DNA of 64,000 nucleotides from Candidatus Nealsonbacteria bacterium DGGOD1a (GCA_022530585.1 CP092821.1:819465-883464), one strand, 5' to 3'; shown: positions 46,055-56,715, numbered from the stretch's first letter. Notes: generated by a model not told the origin, from the sequence alone. Program-made: numbers and translations.

Positions 46055-48031
46055 TTATTCGTTTGAACCCGCGGCTCGGGATTGAATCGCGTTTATTTGC
46101 TCCAATATCGTTTTTGACTGGGCATTGTTCGGGTAAAGATCATAGGCCTGCCGGGCCAGGACCGCCGCTTCGTCCGGTTGCGATTGGTAAAGTTTCGTCC
46201 GGGCCAAATCCCAATAACTTTGCTGGTTTTTCGGCGACAGTTTTTGGGCTTTTTCCAGCGCGTCCCAAGCCAGAGTTAATTTTGATTTGTCGAATTTCGA
46301 CCAACTGTTGTAAACCCGTCCCAATTGCAAATATGATTGGAAATCAAGAGGCGATTCCCGGACGCTGTTTTCCAGTTCCCCGGCGATAAATACGAATGTT
46401 TCTTCGATTTGCTTTTGGGTGAGCTTGCCGGGAATTCCTTCGGTTTCCATTGCCTGAATCCATTGGCTGGCAAAAAATAATCTTATTTGGTACCTTCCCA
46501 ATGGCGACGATCCCAGCGCTTCACGATAAAGCTGCATTCTTTGAGGCGATCCCAATATCGAAGAAGCGGCCTGAACGGCGTCATAGCCGGCCATCGCCGG
46601 ACCCAAAACAAAAAAATTAAAACATATGATGCCCGCTCCCGCCGGCGCCAAAACTTGCCACCATTCAAACGACTGCGGCCAAACTTTTTTTTCTTGCGAT
46701 CCAAAACGGTGAAGCCACGCGATGAATCCCAAACACATAAACCACATCAAATAACTCGCCACCATATCAAACACGGTCAGGTTTTGCAAAAAATACGCGC
46801 CAAGAAGCGCCGTGAACACGCCGGCTTGGACAAAATCAATCTTCCCCGCCAAATAGCCCTTCCACAAAATATACAGCGCGGCGGCGAAAACCAAAAGATA
46901 ACTCGCCAGACCGATCACTCCCGTTTCATTCAAGGTGTCAAAAATTATATTATGCGCCCGATCATACCAGATCGCCGATGAACACTCGGGAGTTCCCAAA
47001 CACGGATTGTAATATCGCGCGAACACCAAATTAAAATTTTCCGGCCCCCACCCCAGATAAGGCCGCTCCAAAAATCCCTTCCAGGCGATATCCCAAACCA
47101 CAATCCGCGCGCGGATCGCGCCTTCGCCGAACTTTGAAGCCACCGCCGAATGAATCGCGCTCCCCTGATTGAAAGAAAAAACCACGATAGCCGTTCCGGC
47201 AATTCCCGCGCCGAGCAAAACCAGCAATCCCGCCGCCTTTAACGCGATCTTTTTCCGAGTTGACATCCATAGAATTCCCAAAAAAGCCATTCCCGCCAAA
47301 AACGCAAGTTTAACGCCGCGGGCGCCGCTGTCAATGACATCGCGAATCAAACCGTCGCGCGGATATTGAAAATTGCCGTTGACAAGGCTGTTCCAACTGC
47401 GGGTGTTTTCAAAGAAAAGGCAAAATACCATTATCAAAAATGCCGCGCCGAAAAAAATTTTTAAATTTTTGTTTTCATCGAATTTTTGCGATAAAAACAA
47501 ATACAGCGCGATGAAAATATTGAACAAAAGATAAGCGGCCCAGAAAGAATCGTTACCGATAAACCCGCCGCCGCGCGATGTTTCGCGCAGATCAAAGATC
47601 GCCTGCACTCCGATAACCAGCGCGACTCCGACGCCGGCGCCGAACAACCGCCGCCAATCTCTTTTTTCAAACACCGACGATATAACGATCATAAACGCGG
47701 TTAAATGAGAAAGCATTAAAATCCCGCCCATCCGTTCGAATTTCGACCAAAAACTGGCCGAAAAATCCGCGCCAAAAATCGCGGCGGCGAAAGATACGGC
47801 CCAAAACAACAGCGCGGCGGCGATCAACGGATTTTTTAGATCCGGCCGGTACTCCTTCCATCGCCAAGCGAGAGCAACCCAAATAAAAAACACCATTTCG
47901 GCCAACGCCATAAAATAAATTCCTTTGGGCCCCACAAACGGAAAATAAAAATTCATGTTCTTTATGAATGGCGTCAGCAACAATAAAAATATTCCCGCTT
48001 TTATTGAATTTATAAGATATTTAGGATCCAT
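46055..48031 (-). CDS. O-antigen ligase-like (Wzy_C) polytopic membrane protein with C-terminal TPR repeats
   Basis: A multi-TM core with a Wzy_C-like loop and C-terminal TPR-like repeats. Confidence 0.6.
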   Translation of the reverse strand: MDPKYLINSIKAGIFLLLLTPFIKNMNFYFPFVGPKGIYFMALAEMVFFIWVALAWRWKEYRPDLKNPLIAAALLFWAVSFAAAIFGADFSASFWSKFERMGGILMLSHLTAFMIVISSVFEKRDWRRLFGAGVGVALVIGVQAIFDLRETSRGGGFIGNDSFWAAYLLFNIFIALYLFLSQKFDENKNLKIFFGAAFLIMVFCLFFENTRSWNSLVNGNFQYPRDGLIRDVIDSGARGVKLAFLAGMAFLGILWMSTRKKIALKAAGLLVLLGAGIAGTAIVVFSFNQGSAIHSAVASKFGEGAIRARIVVWDIAWKGFLERPYLGWGPENFNLVFARYYNPCLGTPECSSAIWYDRAHNIIFDTLNETGVIGLASYLLVFAAALYILWKGYLAGKIDFVQAGVFTALLGAYFLQNLTVFDMVASYLMWFMCLGFIAWLHRFGSQEKKVWPQSFEWWQVLAPAGAGIICFNFFVLGPAMAGYDAVQAASSILGSPQRMQLYREALGSSPLGRYQIRLFFASQWIQAMETEGIPGKLTQKQIEETFVFIAGELENSVRESPLDFQSYLQLGRVYNSWSKFDKSKLTLAWDALEKAQKLSPKNQQSYWDLARTKLYQSQPDEAAVLARQAYDLYPNNAQSKTILEQINAIQSRAAGSNE

Positions 48032-48077
48032 TTTGGTATGAAATTATAAAAATTACGCGGCCTCTTTAAAAAACAAA

Positions 48078-49943
48078 TCATTGAGATCCAGCCTGGCGAT
48101 TGCCGTTCCAAACACAGGTTGGAACCAGTGAAGAAAGCGCCTTGCGAATTGGAATTTCGCCGTTTTCGATTGCCGCGGCCAGAGAATCAAGATTCGCGCG
48201 CAATCTTGCCTCATCAACGCCGGAGAGCTTGGCAATAAATATTTTTTGGTTCTGGGTGGCCACCACGCCTTCCTCGGCGGTCAACAATTCCTCGAAAAGC
48301 TTTTCTCCGGGACGGATACCGATATAAACAATCGGGATATCGACATCGGGTTCGAATCCCGAAAGCCGGATCATTTCCTTGGCCAAATCCAATATCTTGA
48401 CCGGCTTGCCCATATCCAAAACAAACACTTCCCCGCCCTGCCCCATCGCCCCGGCGCGCATCACCAAAAGGCAAGCCTCGCTGGTCAGCATAAAATATCT
48501 CTTCATTTCCGGATCGGTCACTTCCACCGGACCGCCGCGCCGGATTTGTTCGCGAAAAATCGGAATCACGCTTCCGCGGCTTCCCAAAACATTGCCAAAC
48601 CGCACCGAAACAAACTTGGTCGAGTTACGGCCGTTCAACAACTGGCAAACCATTTCACCGATACGCTTGGTCGCGCCCATCACCGAGGTCGGATTGATGG
48701 CCTTGTCAGTGGAAATGAAAATGAATTTCTCGACATTGTTCGCGATCGCCGCTTCGCCCAAAATTTTCGTGCCAAACACATTGTTGCGCACCGCTTCGTC
48801 GATATTCTCCTCCATTAACGGCACATGCTTATAGGCCGCGGCGTGAAAAATTATTTGCGGCTTGGACGCGGCAAAAACCTTGCCAACTCTCTCTTTGTTC
48901 TGGATATCGGCGACAAATTCTTCAACGGCCAGCCCGGAAAAATATTTTTTCAATTCCGCGTTGATATTAAATATCCCGGTTTCATCCTGATCGAAAATAA
49001 CCAATTTGGCCGGTTTGAATTTGGCCACTTGCCGGCAAAGCTCGGAACCGATTGATCCGGCCGCGCCGGTGATCATCACCCTTTTGCCGGCAATGAATTT
49101 CTCGATCATATCGGTTTCCAAAGATACCGGGTCGCGCTCAAGCAAATCTTCCACTTCGACTTTTCTGATATCCGACAATGAAATGTTTCCGTCTATGATC
49201 TCGCTCATCGGCGGCACCACCTTTATTTTCTTTAAACCGGCTTTCTTGGCCATGCGCACCGCCTCCTTAATCAGCTTGGACCCCGACGGCAACGCGATAA
49301 TTATTTCCTCCACCCCATAATTCGATACGATCCGGGGAATATCTTCCAGTTTGCCCAAAACTTTTATGTCATGAATGATATTGCCCTGCCGCGATTCGTT
49401 GTTATCGACAAAACCGATCGCGCGATACCGGCCGGCGGCGGAACTGATAATACTCCGCAACAATTGTTCGCCCGCGTCGCCCGCGCCCGCGATCAGCACC
49501 CGGGTCTTTCCCTCGCTTGATTTAGGCTTGAAAATATATGAATAAATCCTCTTGGCGAAACGCAGTCCGCCGCAAAAAATAAAAATAAAGAAACAAGCGA
49601 TAAAAATCGTCGACCGCGGAAATCCCGAAAAGAACTGGAAGTCCTTGAACGCGTACAACACCGCGGTTTCCAAAAGCAAAGCGGTCCCCGCGGCGCGCGT
49701 AAGCGCGACCAGTTCCTGGGTGCTGACATACGACCACAAAAAAGAATACAAACGATTGGCCAAAAACGAGGGCAGATAAAAAATCCAGCCCAAAAACACC
49801 AAACGCGCGATCATGACAAAATAGTGCCCCGGAATTTGCGCTTCGAAACGCACCATGAATGCCAGCCAAACCGAAAATGCCACCAGCGCGGCATCGACGG
49901 CGAAAAATAAAAACTTTTTATACTTTTGCAACAAGTTGGCCAT
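48078..49943 (-). CDS. Membrane-bound nucleotide-sugar 4,6-dehydratase/epimerase (CapD/PglF/WbpM family)
   Basis: N-terminal TM helices, a Rossmann GAGDAGE...ITGAAGSIGSE motif and the SDR catalytic region. Confidence 0.8.
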   Translation of the reverse strand: MANLLQKYKKFLFFAVDAALVAFSVWLAFMVRFEAQIPGHYFVMIARLVFLGWIFYLPSFLANRLYSFLWSYVSTQELVALTRAAGTALLLETAVLYAFKDFQFFSGFPRSTIFIACFFIFIFCGGLRFAKRIYSYIFKPKSSEGKTRVLIAGAGDAGEQLLRSIISSAAGRYRAIGFVDNNESRQGNIIHDIKVLGKLEDIPRIVSNYGVEEIIIALPSGSKLIKEAVRMAKKAGLKKIKVVPPMSEIIDGNISLSDIRKVEVEDLLERDPVSLETDMIEKFIAGKRVMITGAAGSIGSELCRQVAKFKPAKLVIFDQDETGIFNINAELKKYFSGLAVEEFVADIQNKERVGKVFAASKPQIIFHAAAYKHVPLMEENIDEAVRNNVFGTKILGEAAIANNVEKFIFISTDKAINPTSVMGATKRIGEMVCQLLNGRNSTKFVSVRFGNVLGSRGSVIPIFREQIRRGGPVEVTDPEMKRYFMLTSEACLLVMRAGAMGQGGEVFVLDMGKPVKILDLAKEMIRLSGFEPDVDIPIVYIGIRPGEKLFEELLTAEEGVVATQNQKIFIAKLSGVDEARLRANLDSLAAAIENGEIPIRKALSSLVPTCVWNGNRQAGSQ

Positions 49944-49964
49944 TTTTTATTAAAATTCCCTCTT

Positions 49965-51104
49965 TCAAGATTGCTTCTTATTGTCTTGCGCGTAAAAACC
50001 TCTGACGCATTTGATCACATAATCGACTTCCGAATCCGTCAATTCCGGGTAGATCGGCAGCCGCACTAATTCCTTGGCGATCTTTTCGGTGACCGGCAGA
50101 TTAAAATGTTCCAAACCAAGGCCCGGCATTTTATGGTTGGGCGTGGTATCGCGCACCAGCAATTCAACGCCTTTTGTTTCCATATATTTCTTAAACTTCC
50201 AGATATCGTCCGTTTTAATAATATATTCCTGATAAATCTGTTTTGGCTGCTGCACCGGCAAAACAACCGGCAAATCCTTCAATCCCTGATTATACCTCAT
50301 GGCGATTTGGCGGCGGCGCTTCAGCATCCGCGGGTAATATTTTATCTTGATGTTTAAAATCGCGGCCTGAATATTATCCAGTCGGGAATTATACCCCCAA
50401 TCCATTGTCTTGGGCGCTCTTGGCTGATGGCCCAAAAGCGCGTTCTGGGTGATGTTCCAGTGGTTGCGCAAAAGCAAAAGTTTTTCGTAAACGCTCCTGT
50501 CGTTGGTGATGATTCCGCCCGCATCGCCCGCGCCGCCCAAAGTTTTGGGCGAAATGAAACTGAAGCATCCCGTATCGCCGAATGTTCCCGCTTTTTTTTC
50601 CCCCAGATATGCGCCCAGCGCCTGGCATGCGTCTTCCACCACCCAAAGATTGTGTTCTTTGGCGATCTTCATGATCCGCGGCATATCGCAAACTTTGCCC
50701 GAAAGATGCACCGGCACAATACCCACGGTTTTATCGGTGATTGCCGCTTCAATTTGGTCAACATTCATCAAGCCGTCTTCGCCCACATCAATCAATATCG
50801 GCTTGGCGCCCAAATGAACGATTTCCTCAATGGAAGCGATGAAAGTGTGCCCCACGGTGATCACTTCGTCGCCCGGTTTGCATCCCAGCGCCCGATAGGA
50901 AATTTTTAACGCGTCCGTGCCCGAATTAACGCCCACCGCATATTTTGCCCCGCAAAAATCCGCCAGATTTTTTTCGAATTTATCGCAATCCTCGCGCAAA
51001 ATAAAATCCCCTTTCGAAAAACACTTGTCCAGCGCCTTCATTATCTGCGCCTTATGATCCTTATAATACCGGCGGTAACTCGAATTAATAAAATCAACCT
51101 TCAT
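49965..51104 (-). CDS. DegT/DnrJ/EryC1/StrS-family PLP-dependent sugar aminotransferase
   Basis: A PLP-lysine region (FSFISPKTLGGAGDAGGI) and the conserved N-terminal blocks. Confidence 0.85.
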   Translation of the reverse strand: MKVDFINSSYRRYYKDHKAQIMKALDKCFSKGDFILREDCDKFEKNLADFCGAKYAVGVNSGTDALKISYRALGCKPGDEVITVGHTFIASIEEIVHLGAKPILIDVGEDGLMNVDQIEAAITDKTVGIVPVHLSGKVCDMPRIMKIAKEHNLWVVEDACQALGAYLGEKKAGTFGDTGCFSFISPKTLGGAGDAGGIITNDRSVYEKLLLLRNHWNITQNALLGHQPRAPKTMDWGYNSRLDNIQAAILNIKIKYYPRMLKRRRQIAMRYNQGLKDLPVVLPVQQPKQIYQEYIIKTDDIWKFKKYMETKGVELLVRDTTPNHKMPGLGLEHFNLPVTEKIAKELVRLPIYPELTDSEVDYVIKCVRGFYAQDNKKQS

Positions 51105-51226
51105 TTTTTTAAAATTATATTTTCAATACTTGATTATAAGCACAAAACCAACCAAAAATGAAGCCCGCGCTAAACTTGCGGGGCTTCTTGTCGCAAATTC
51201 CGGGAGATAAACCCGCGACAAAAAAC

Positions 51227-51255
51227 TTGACAAATTAAAAATTTAGTCATATTAT
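51227..51255 (+). promoter_or_regulatory. Sigma-70-like promoter (TTGACA, 17 nt, TATTAT) for the gene at 51286
   Basis: A canonical -35/-10 with a 17-bp spacer. An aaggaggg RBS lies 6 nt before the TTG start. Confidence 0.45.
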
Positions 51256-51285
51256 TTTATCCAGCAAGCTCAAGGAGGGCTTAAT

Positions 51286-52128
51286 TTGAAAATAAAACAA
51301 ATTTACGATCAAGGCACCGATTCCCGAAAAGAAGATTTATTTGTCGACTTTCCGGGGAAAATAATGGGCGTTCTTGACACCGGCAGCGGCGTTTTTATTC
51401 CGCCCACCAAACCGCAAATGTTTTACGGTATGACCGGCGGACAATACACCGGCCAGCTCATTAAGGGCTCGATATTGGCCGGCATAATCACCAAAGAAAA
51501 TCCACGGTACATCTTGAAATCTGCCAATATTGATCTAGCTTTGGTTTTCCAAGACCATAATCTGAACTTGGAAACGCCGGAAAACAATCCGTTTGCCAGT
51601 TATGCCCTCGCCTTTTTCAATAACAATAACATTGAAATAATCCAAGGAGGCGATTGCCAGTTCATCTGGCAAAGCAAGGACGGCTCCGTTGGCTGGACAA
51701 AAAACCAAACACTGGTTTATGACCGCGAAAATTTGCGCTTGATCACCGATTTTATGCGCAAACATAACGGCATGCGCAACACGATGTGGCAAGAATTCGG
51801 CCCTATCTTAAAAAAACGGCGGCGAGAATACTTCAATTCGTCCATGGGAAAATTTTCTCTACTCAACGGCCAGCCGGATTTTTACAAGTACTGGCAAGCG
51901 GTTGAACTCGATGCCGGCAAAATCGAGACACTGATCGGATACACCGACGGCTTCGTAATCCAGGAAAAAACCGCCAATATGGCAAAACTAGCCCCGCAAA
52001 TTTTGGAAACATGCCAAAATTATGGCTTGCAAACATGGCTTGATGAAACCCATCGAACCGCCAAAGCAAAAGAAAGTGAAACCCACATTCCGCTTCCCGA
52101 AGCTACTGCAATCGCCATCGAATTTTGA
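51286..52128 (+). CDS. Hypothetical protein (TTG start)
   Basis: 280-aa ORF with a good promoter and RBS. No family recognised. Confidence 0.5.
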   Translation: MKIKQIYDQGTDSRKEDLFVDFPGKIMGVLDTGSGVFIPPTKPQMFYGMTGGQYTGQLIKGSILAGIITKENPRYILKSANIDLALVFQDHNLNLETPENNPFASYALAFFNNNNIEIIQGGDCQFIWQSKDGSVGWTKNQTLVYDRENLRLITDFMRKHNGMRNTMWQEFGPILKKRRREYFNSSMGKFSLLNGQPDFYKYWQAVELDAGKIETLIGYTDGFVIQEKTANMAKLAPQILETCQNYGLQTWLDETHRTAKAKESETHIPLPEATAIAIEF

Positions 52129-52214
52129 AGCTCCCAAACTAACCATTTTTGAGCTTTTTTCTTTACGAAAGTTGAAAGTGTGCAATCAAAAATATATTTT
52201 CCAAATGTATTTCG

Positions 52215-52316
52215 TCGAGCGGGGTATGAACCCCGCACGACGACCAAAGGGGGCACCCCTTTGGAATCCTCTTGGTGCACCCCGGGGCAAAGCCCCGAGG
52301 TATTGCACTCAATAAA
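52215..52316. repeat. Structured repeat element, copy 2. The 73-bp core 52244..52316 is identical to 9293..9365.
   Basis: It is preceded by the hairpin gcgggg-tatgaa-ccccgc and followed by a 34-bp perfect palindrome. Confidence 0.6.
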
Positions 52317-52328
52317 TCACCGACATAT

Positions 52329-52362
52329 TCTTCTAAATTTAGCATATGCTAAATTTAGAAGA
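52329..52362. promoter_or_regulatory. 34-bp perfect palindrome TCTTCTAAATTTAGCATATGCTAAATTTAGAAGA, copy 1, downstream of the PaaX-like gene
   Basis: An exact reverse-complement palindrome. An identical copy is at 53060..53093. Confidence 0.5.
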
Positions 52363-52427
52363 CAAAGGAATTGCAAAATCCAAGCCACTGTTTAAAGTAT
52401 CCCAACTGTTAACTATGACGACGGAAA

Positions 52428-53006
52428 TCAATTGATGCGGAAATGCCGGCGAAGCGGTGCATCGTCCTCAATTTGGATCGCGGTAATAATTTTCATCTCT
52501 TGCGATTCAAGTCCAAAAAAGTCGCGCAGCAATTGCATCTCTTTGGCAAATTCATACGGACAAACCCAAACGCTCTTTTGCAATTGATACAGGCCCAGTT
52601 CCTTTATTTTGCCGCGCAGCGCTTCTCTTTTTGTCCCCTGTTTGTTTGCAATATCAAAAATCAGTATCCGCCATTTTCTATCCCATTTTTTCGCGGTCTT
52701 TATTTTAAGATCATTAATCTTATACTTGCCTGCTTTTTTCTTTCCTTCATCGGTAAGGTAAATGTACATTTGGTTGCCGCGATAAACAACTTTAACCAAG
52801 CCCCTCTTTTTTAGATAATAAAACGCATTATAAAATTTCTTTCCGCTATCCTTATCGTGGCCAAACAATTTTCTGTTACTATAACTGCAAACATCGCGGC
52901 GAAAAGCGCTTATCGGCCTTGGCTGCATCGCGAAAAGAAGAAATTCCCCGGTTTCTGCCAAATTTTGTAAAATCGCTTTAACAGTTTCACCTCTGGGATT
53001 TTTCAT
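52428..53006 (-). CDS. PaaX-family-like transcriptional regulator (N-terminal wHTH, PaaX_C-like C-terminus)
   Basis: WDRKWRILIFDIANKQGTKREALRGKIKELGLYQLQKSVWVCP resembles the PaaX C-terminal motif WDGxWxLV...R..LR..L...GFG.L..GVWI.P. Confidence 0.55.
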   Translation of the reverse strand: MKNPRGETVKAILQNLAETGEFLLFAMQPRPISAFRRDVCSYSNRKLFGHDKDSGKKFYNAFYYLKKRGLVKVVYRGNQMYIYLTDEGKKKAGKYKINDLKIKTAKKWDRKWRILIFDIANKQGTKREALRGKIKELGLYQLQKSVWVCPYEFAKEMQLLRDFFGLESQEMKIITAIQIEDDAPLRRHFRIN

Positions 53007-53059
53007 ATTTTTAATCTGACTTTTAAAAAAACCGACCCAATAAATATAATTATAACTTA

Positions 53060-53093
53060 TCTTCTAAATTTAGCATATGCTAAATTTAGAAGA
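53060..53093. promoter_or_regulatory. 34-bp perfect palindrome, copy 2, about 55 bp upstream of the PaaX-like start codon. Candidate operator.
   Basis: Identical to 52329..52362. Confidence 0.5.
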
Positions 53094-53140
53094 CATATCA
53101 AAAAAGCGGATTGTTTGTCCGGGTAATGGCTCACAATCAC

Positions 53141-54024
53141 CTAAAACAAACCAAAATGTTTGAAAACTTCGAGGATGCCGTTTTGGTCTATGTGGGGGCC
53201 GAGGAAATTGCGGTGCGGGTCGTTGGCAATGGCGGTGGCAATGTTTTGTTTCACTTTAGGCAGAGCGTTTTCGAGAGTGGCGCGATAGCCGCAGAGTTTC
53301 ATAAACTCCCAGTCAACAACGCCGTCGCCCGCGCCCAAAACACTTTCGAAAGATATGCCCAGATGCTTGATAAGCTTAGATAAGCTGGCCACTTTCGACA
53401 CACCCGAAGGCACAAAAAAACCGTAATAATGATCGGTCAAGAATAAATTGTTTCCCCATAACAGCTCAATCCTTCCATTGAATTCGGTGATAATCTCCGC
53501 CATCGCCGTTTCAGCGCTCTTGTTTTTGGAACTGCCCGACATATAAATACTTGAGAGTCTTTGATGCTCTCTTCCAGCGAATCAACCACCTGCGGCAAAG
53601 TTTCGATCGAAGCAAACAACAACTTGTTGATTTCATTATCGGTCTGGTTTTTCTAAACATAATATTTTTCTGCGGTGGAAAAATATGTGACAATATTATT
53701 TTCAAGCAACCGGCGCGCCAGCCGGCGGCAATCGCTTTGCTTAATGGTTTTGCACTGCAATACATCTTCCGAAAACGGATTTGTTATCAGGCAGCCCATC
53801 TCGCCGATATGGAAATTATCCAGTCCGGCGGCTTCAATCACATATTTCATCGCCGGAGTATAAAACGGCCGGCCGGTGCATAAAATTACCGGAATCCCGC
53901 TTTCTTTTATGGCTTTAAGCGCGTTGACAATTTCCAAACAAGGCATCGGAAAATTCACCCCGTTTTTAAAACCGACCAAAATACCATCAACATCCAAAAC
54001 CACTGCTTTAATATTGGAATTCAT
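53141..54024 (-). pseudogene. HAD-IIB (Cof-like) hydrolase split into two ORFs (53653..54024 N-half, 53141..53542 C-half)
   Basis: The N-half carries motif I VLDVDGIL and CTGRP. The C-half carries GAGDGVVDWEF (motif IV). They are separated by about 110 bp with frame disruption. Confidence 0.5.
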
Positions 54025-54032
54025 AAATTAAT

Positions 54033-54890
54033 TTAGCTTAGCACAATCAATAAAAGCCCGGCGATCACACCGGCGATACCAAGCATTTTTTGCTTGGTGA
54101 ATTCGTCGCCGAAAAGTTTGACCGCCAGCAAGCTCACAATCGCCACGCCGGTTGTCTGGATGGCGTTCACATAGCCCATATTGGGCGCGGCCACAAACGC
54201 GTTCCACATCAGCACATTGGCAATTCCCGACGCCAAGCCCAATAAAAACAACAAACCGAATTGTTTTTTATGTTTCAATAACGGCAATTTTTTGCGCCGA
54301 ATTTCAACGCCCCAAATCGCCACCGCAATGGCTACCGCCCAGAACAAAAATGCGGTTTGGTTGATATCCAAAAACATATTGGCATACTTTACCGCCACCG
54401 ACCAGCCGGCATAGCAAAAAAACGCGATAAAGGACATCCTGATCCAACGAGAATTATGCAAGATTTTGCCGCCGGATTTTTTGCCTGCAATCAGCAGCTG
54501 GCTGGCCAGGATCAGCGCGATACCCGCGATCTTGCGCCAGGACAATTCGCCGCCGAACATAAAAATCGCGGCCAGCGTCGTCAAAACCACATAGCTTTTA
54601 TTAATCGCTTGGCTGTAACCGGGATTGGGCGCCAGATTCAGGCCGCGCACGCTGGCCGCGTTGCCAAAATAAACGCAAAGACCGGCGAATAAAACCAGCC
54701 AAATATCCGCTTTCGCGAAAACATTGAACTCCCCTTCGGGCACCGCGAAAACAAATACCAAAAGCGCCACCGCGTAGGTGGCGAGATTGATCACCGGCGC
54801 CGGCACGCCCGCGCGCCAATTATATTTGCTCAAAATACTGGTCGAAGCAAATAGCACTAAACTGATCAAGCTCCCGATTATCCAATTCAT
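54033..54890 (-). CDS. EamA/DMT-family transporter
   Basis: 10 predicted TM helices in two 5-TM repeats. Confidence 0.7.
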   Translation of the reverse strand: MNWIIGSLISLVLFASTSILSKYNWRAGVPAPVINLATYAVALLVFVFAVPEGEFNVFAKADIWLVLFAGLCVYFGNAASVRGLNLAPNPGYSQAINKSYVVLTTLAAIFMFGGELSWRKIAGIALILASQLLIAGKKSGGKILHNSRWIRMSFIAFFCYAGWSVAVKYANMFLDINQTAFLFWAVAIAVAIWGVEIRRKKLPLLKHKKQFGLLFLLGLASGIANVLMWNAFVAAPNMGYVNAIQTTGVAIVSLLAVKLFGDEFTKQKMLGIAGVIAGLLLIVLS

Positions 54891-54895
54891 AATTT

Positions 54896-56029
54896 TTACA
54901 GACCGGCGAATTTTTTATAATTTTCCTTGCTGATCATTTCCACTTTGGCGTCCGGATAGGCGCGCGAAAACGCCACCGGCACTTTGCCCGGCCGCGATTT
55001 CCATTTGAATTCAAAGCCGGCGAGCTTGCCGCCGCGTTCCTCGATCAGATCGATTTCTTGTTTTTGCAATGTGCGCCAAAAATACATATTGGCGCCGCCA
55101 TCGGTATTATTATCGCTTTTGACGCGTTCGCCGATCATGAAATTTTCCCACAACGCGCCCGCGTCCTGGCGCAAATCCAACGGATTCAAGTTATTGATCA
55201 GCGCGTTGCGGATGCCGTTATCGTAAAAATAGATCTTCCGATTGCTTTTGATTTCATTTCGCAAATTGCGCGAGAAAGAAGGCAAACGAAAAACAATAAA
55301 CGCTTTTTCCAAAATTTGGATATAATCGGCAACCGTTTGCTTGTTGATCTCGATCAATGACGCCAATTCGCCGTATGAAACCTCATTCCCCACTTGCAAT
55401 GCCAGCGCGCGCAATAATTTTTCCAAAACTTCATGATTTTTTATGTTCCGGTATTCCAAAACATCCTTGTAGACATAACTTTTCGCCAGCGTTTTCAGCG
55501 TCTTTATTTTTGCAAAATCGCTCTCAAAAACAACCCCGGGGTACATGCCGAAAATCATTCTGTTTTCCAAAATCCGGTCAATTTCGATTTCCGAATAGAT
55601 TTCTTTCAATTCGGCGAGTGAAAAAGGATACAAATAAAATTCAATTTTTCGGCCCGTGAGCGGTTCAACAATTTCATTGGACAAATCAAACGACGACGAC
55701 CCCGTGGCAATGATCTGCATTTGGGGATAATTGTCAACCATCAATTTCAAAGTCAAGCCGATATTGCGCACTCTTTGGGCTTCATCCAAAATAACCAGTT
55801 TGTTATCTCCAAAAAACAATTTTAATTCGGTCGAAGTTTTACCAGTGAGGGCATCGCGCACATCCGCTTCGTCGCAATTGAAATAAGCGGTAGCAATTTG
55901 TTTTTGGTTTTCCTGGATAAGTTTGACCAAAGTGGTCTTTCCCACTTGCCGCGGGCCGTAAATTACCACAATTTTACCCTTAAAGAGGGTTTTTTCAACT
56001 TCTGATTGGATTTTTCGTCTAATTAACAT
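54896..56029 (-). CDS. AAA-family ATPase (AAA_14 plus DUF4143)
   Basis: Walker A GPRQVGKTT and Walker B LVILDEAQ, with the DUF4143-like C-terminus. Confidence 0.75.
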   Translation of the reverse strand: MLIRRKIQSEVEKTLFKGKIVVIYGPRQVGKTTLVKLIQENQKQIATAYFNCDEADVRDALTGKTSTELKLFFGDNKLVILDEAQRVRNIGLTLKLMVDNYPQMQIIATGSSSFDLSNEIVEPLTGRKIEFYLYPFSLAELKEIYSEIEIDRILENRMIFGMYPGVVFESDFAKIKTLKTLAKSYVYKDVLEYRNIKNHEVLEKLLRALALQVGNEVSYGELASLIEINKQTVADYIQILEKAFIVFRLPSFSRNLRNEIKSNRKIYFYDNGIRNALINNLNPLDLRQDAGALWENFMIGERVKSDNNTDGGANMYFWRTLQKQEIDLIEERGGKLAGFEFKWKSRPGKVPVAFSRAYPDAKVEMISKENYKKFAGL

Positions 56030-56208
56030 ATAATTTGGCTAGTTAACTAACTGAATTATATATTAATTTAGCTAATTGTCAAGCCAGCGGCCAAATTATA
56101 TGATAATCAAACCATTTTACCCCCTATTTATCAATTAATTTGGCCATAATCAACAGAAGTCGGAAACCTGCGGATAAATAATCAAGATCAAACGGTTTAT
56201 AATCTTGT

Positions 56209-56715
56209 TTATAGCCGAATATAGCAAGGAGCCGGCGATGAGTAAGTTTCCAAGATAATGTTTTTCACTTCTTCGGGTTTTGCGGCAAGATAGGTTTTAA
56301 AATTGGGCAAATGAGCGAAAACCCGGGATTCTTCGTCTTCAGTGATCAAATTATGGGAAAATCCTAAAAATTTGTATTTCTCGCTCCCCTTCACGCCGAT
56401 GATCTTCACATTCGCATTGTGCAAGCACACGGCGTTGCGCACCGCTTCAAACGGCCGGAAAGCGACAAAATTTATCATACTGTAAACATAGGGCTTCAAG
56501 CCCTCCAGCGCCATGCCCGCGGCAATCGTCATCGTGCTTTGCTCGGTCACGCCCAAATTAAAAAACCGATTTGGAAATTTTTTTTGGAACTCTTCAATGT
56601 AATTAAAACCCACATCCGGAATTATCAAAACGATCTTTTCGTCGATTCGCGCCAACTCAATCAAAGCATCGATGAATTCCCGGCGCGTATCCTGTTGTTT
56701 GATTATTTCAGCCAT
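56209..56715 (-). CDS. Transketolase C-terminal-section subunit (Pyr domain only)
   Basis: FNLGVTEQSTMTIAAGMALEG, ending with the PCYIRL motif. It lacks the usual ~120-aa transketolase C-terminal domain. Confidence 0.7.
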   Translation of the reverse strand: MAEIIKQQDTRREFIDALIELARIDEKIVLIIPDVGFNYIEEFQKKFPNRFFNLGVTEQSTMTIAAGMALEGLKPYVYSMINFVAFRPFEAVRNAVCLHNANVKIIGVKGSEKYKFLGFSHNLITEDEESRVFAHLPNFKTYLAAKPEEVKNIILETYSSPAPCYIRL

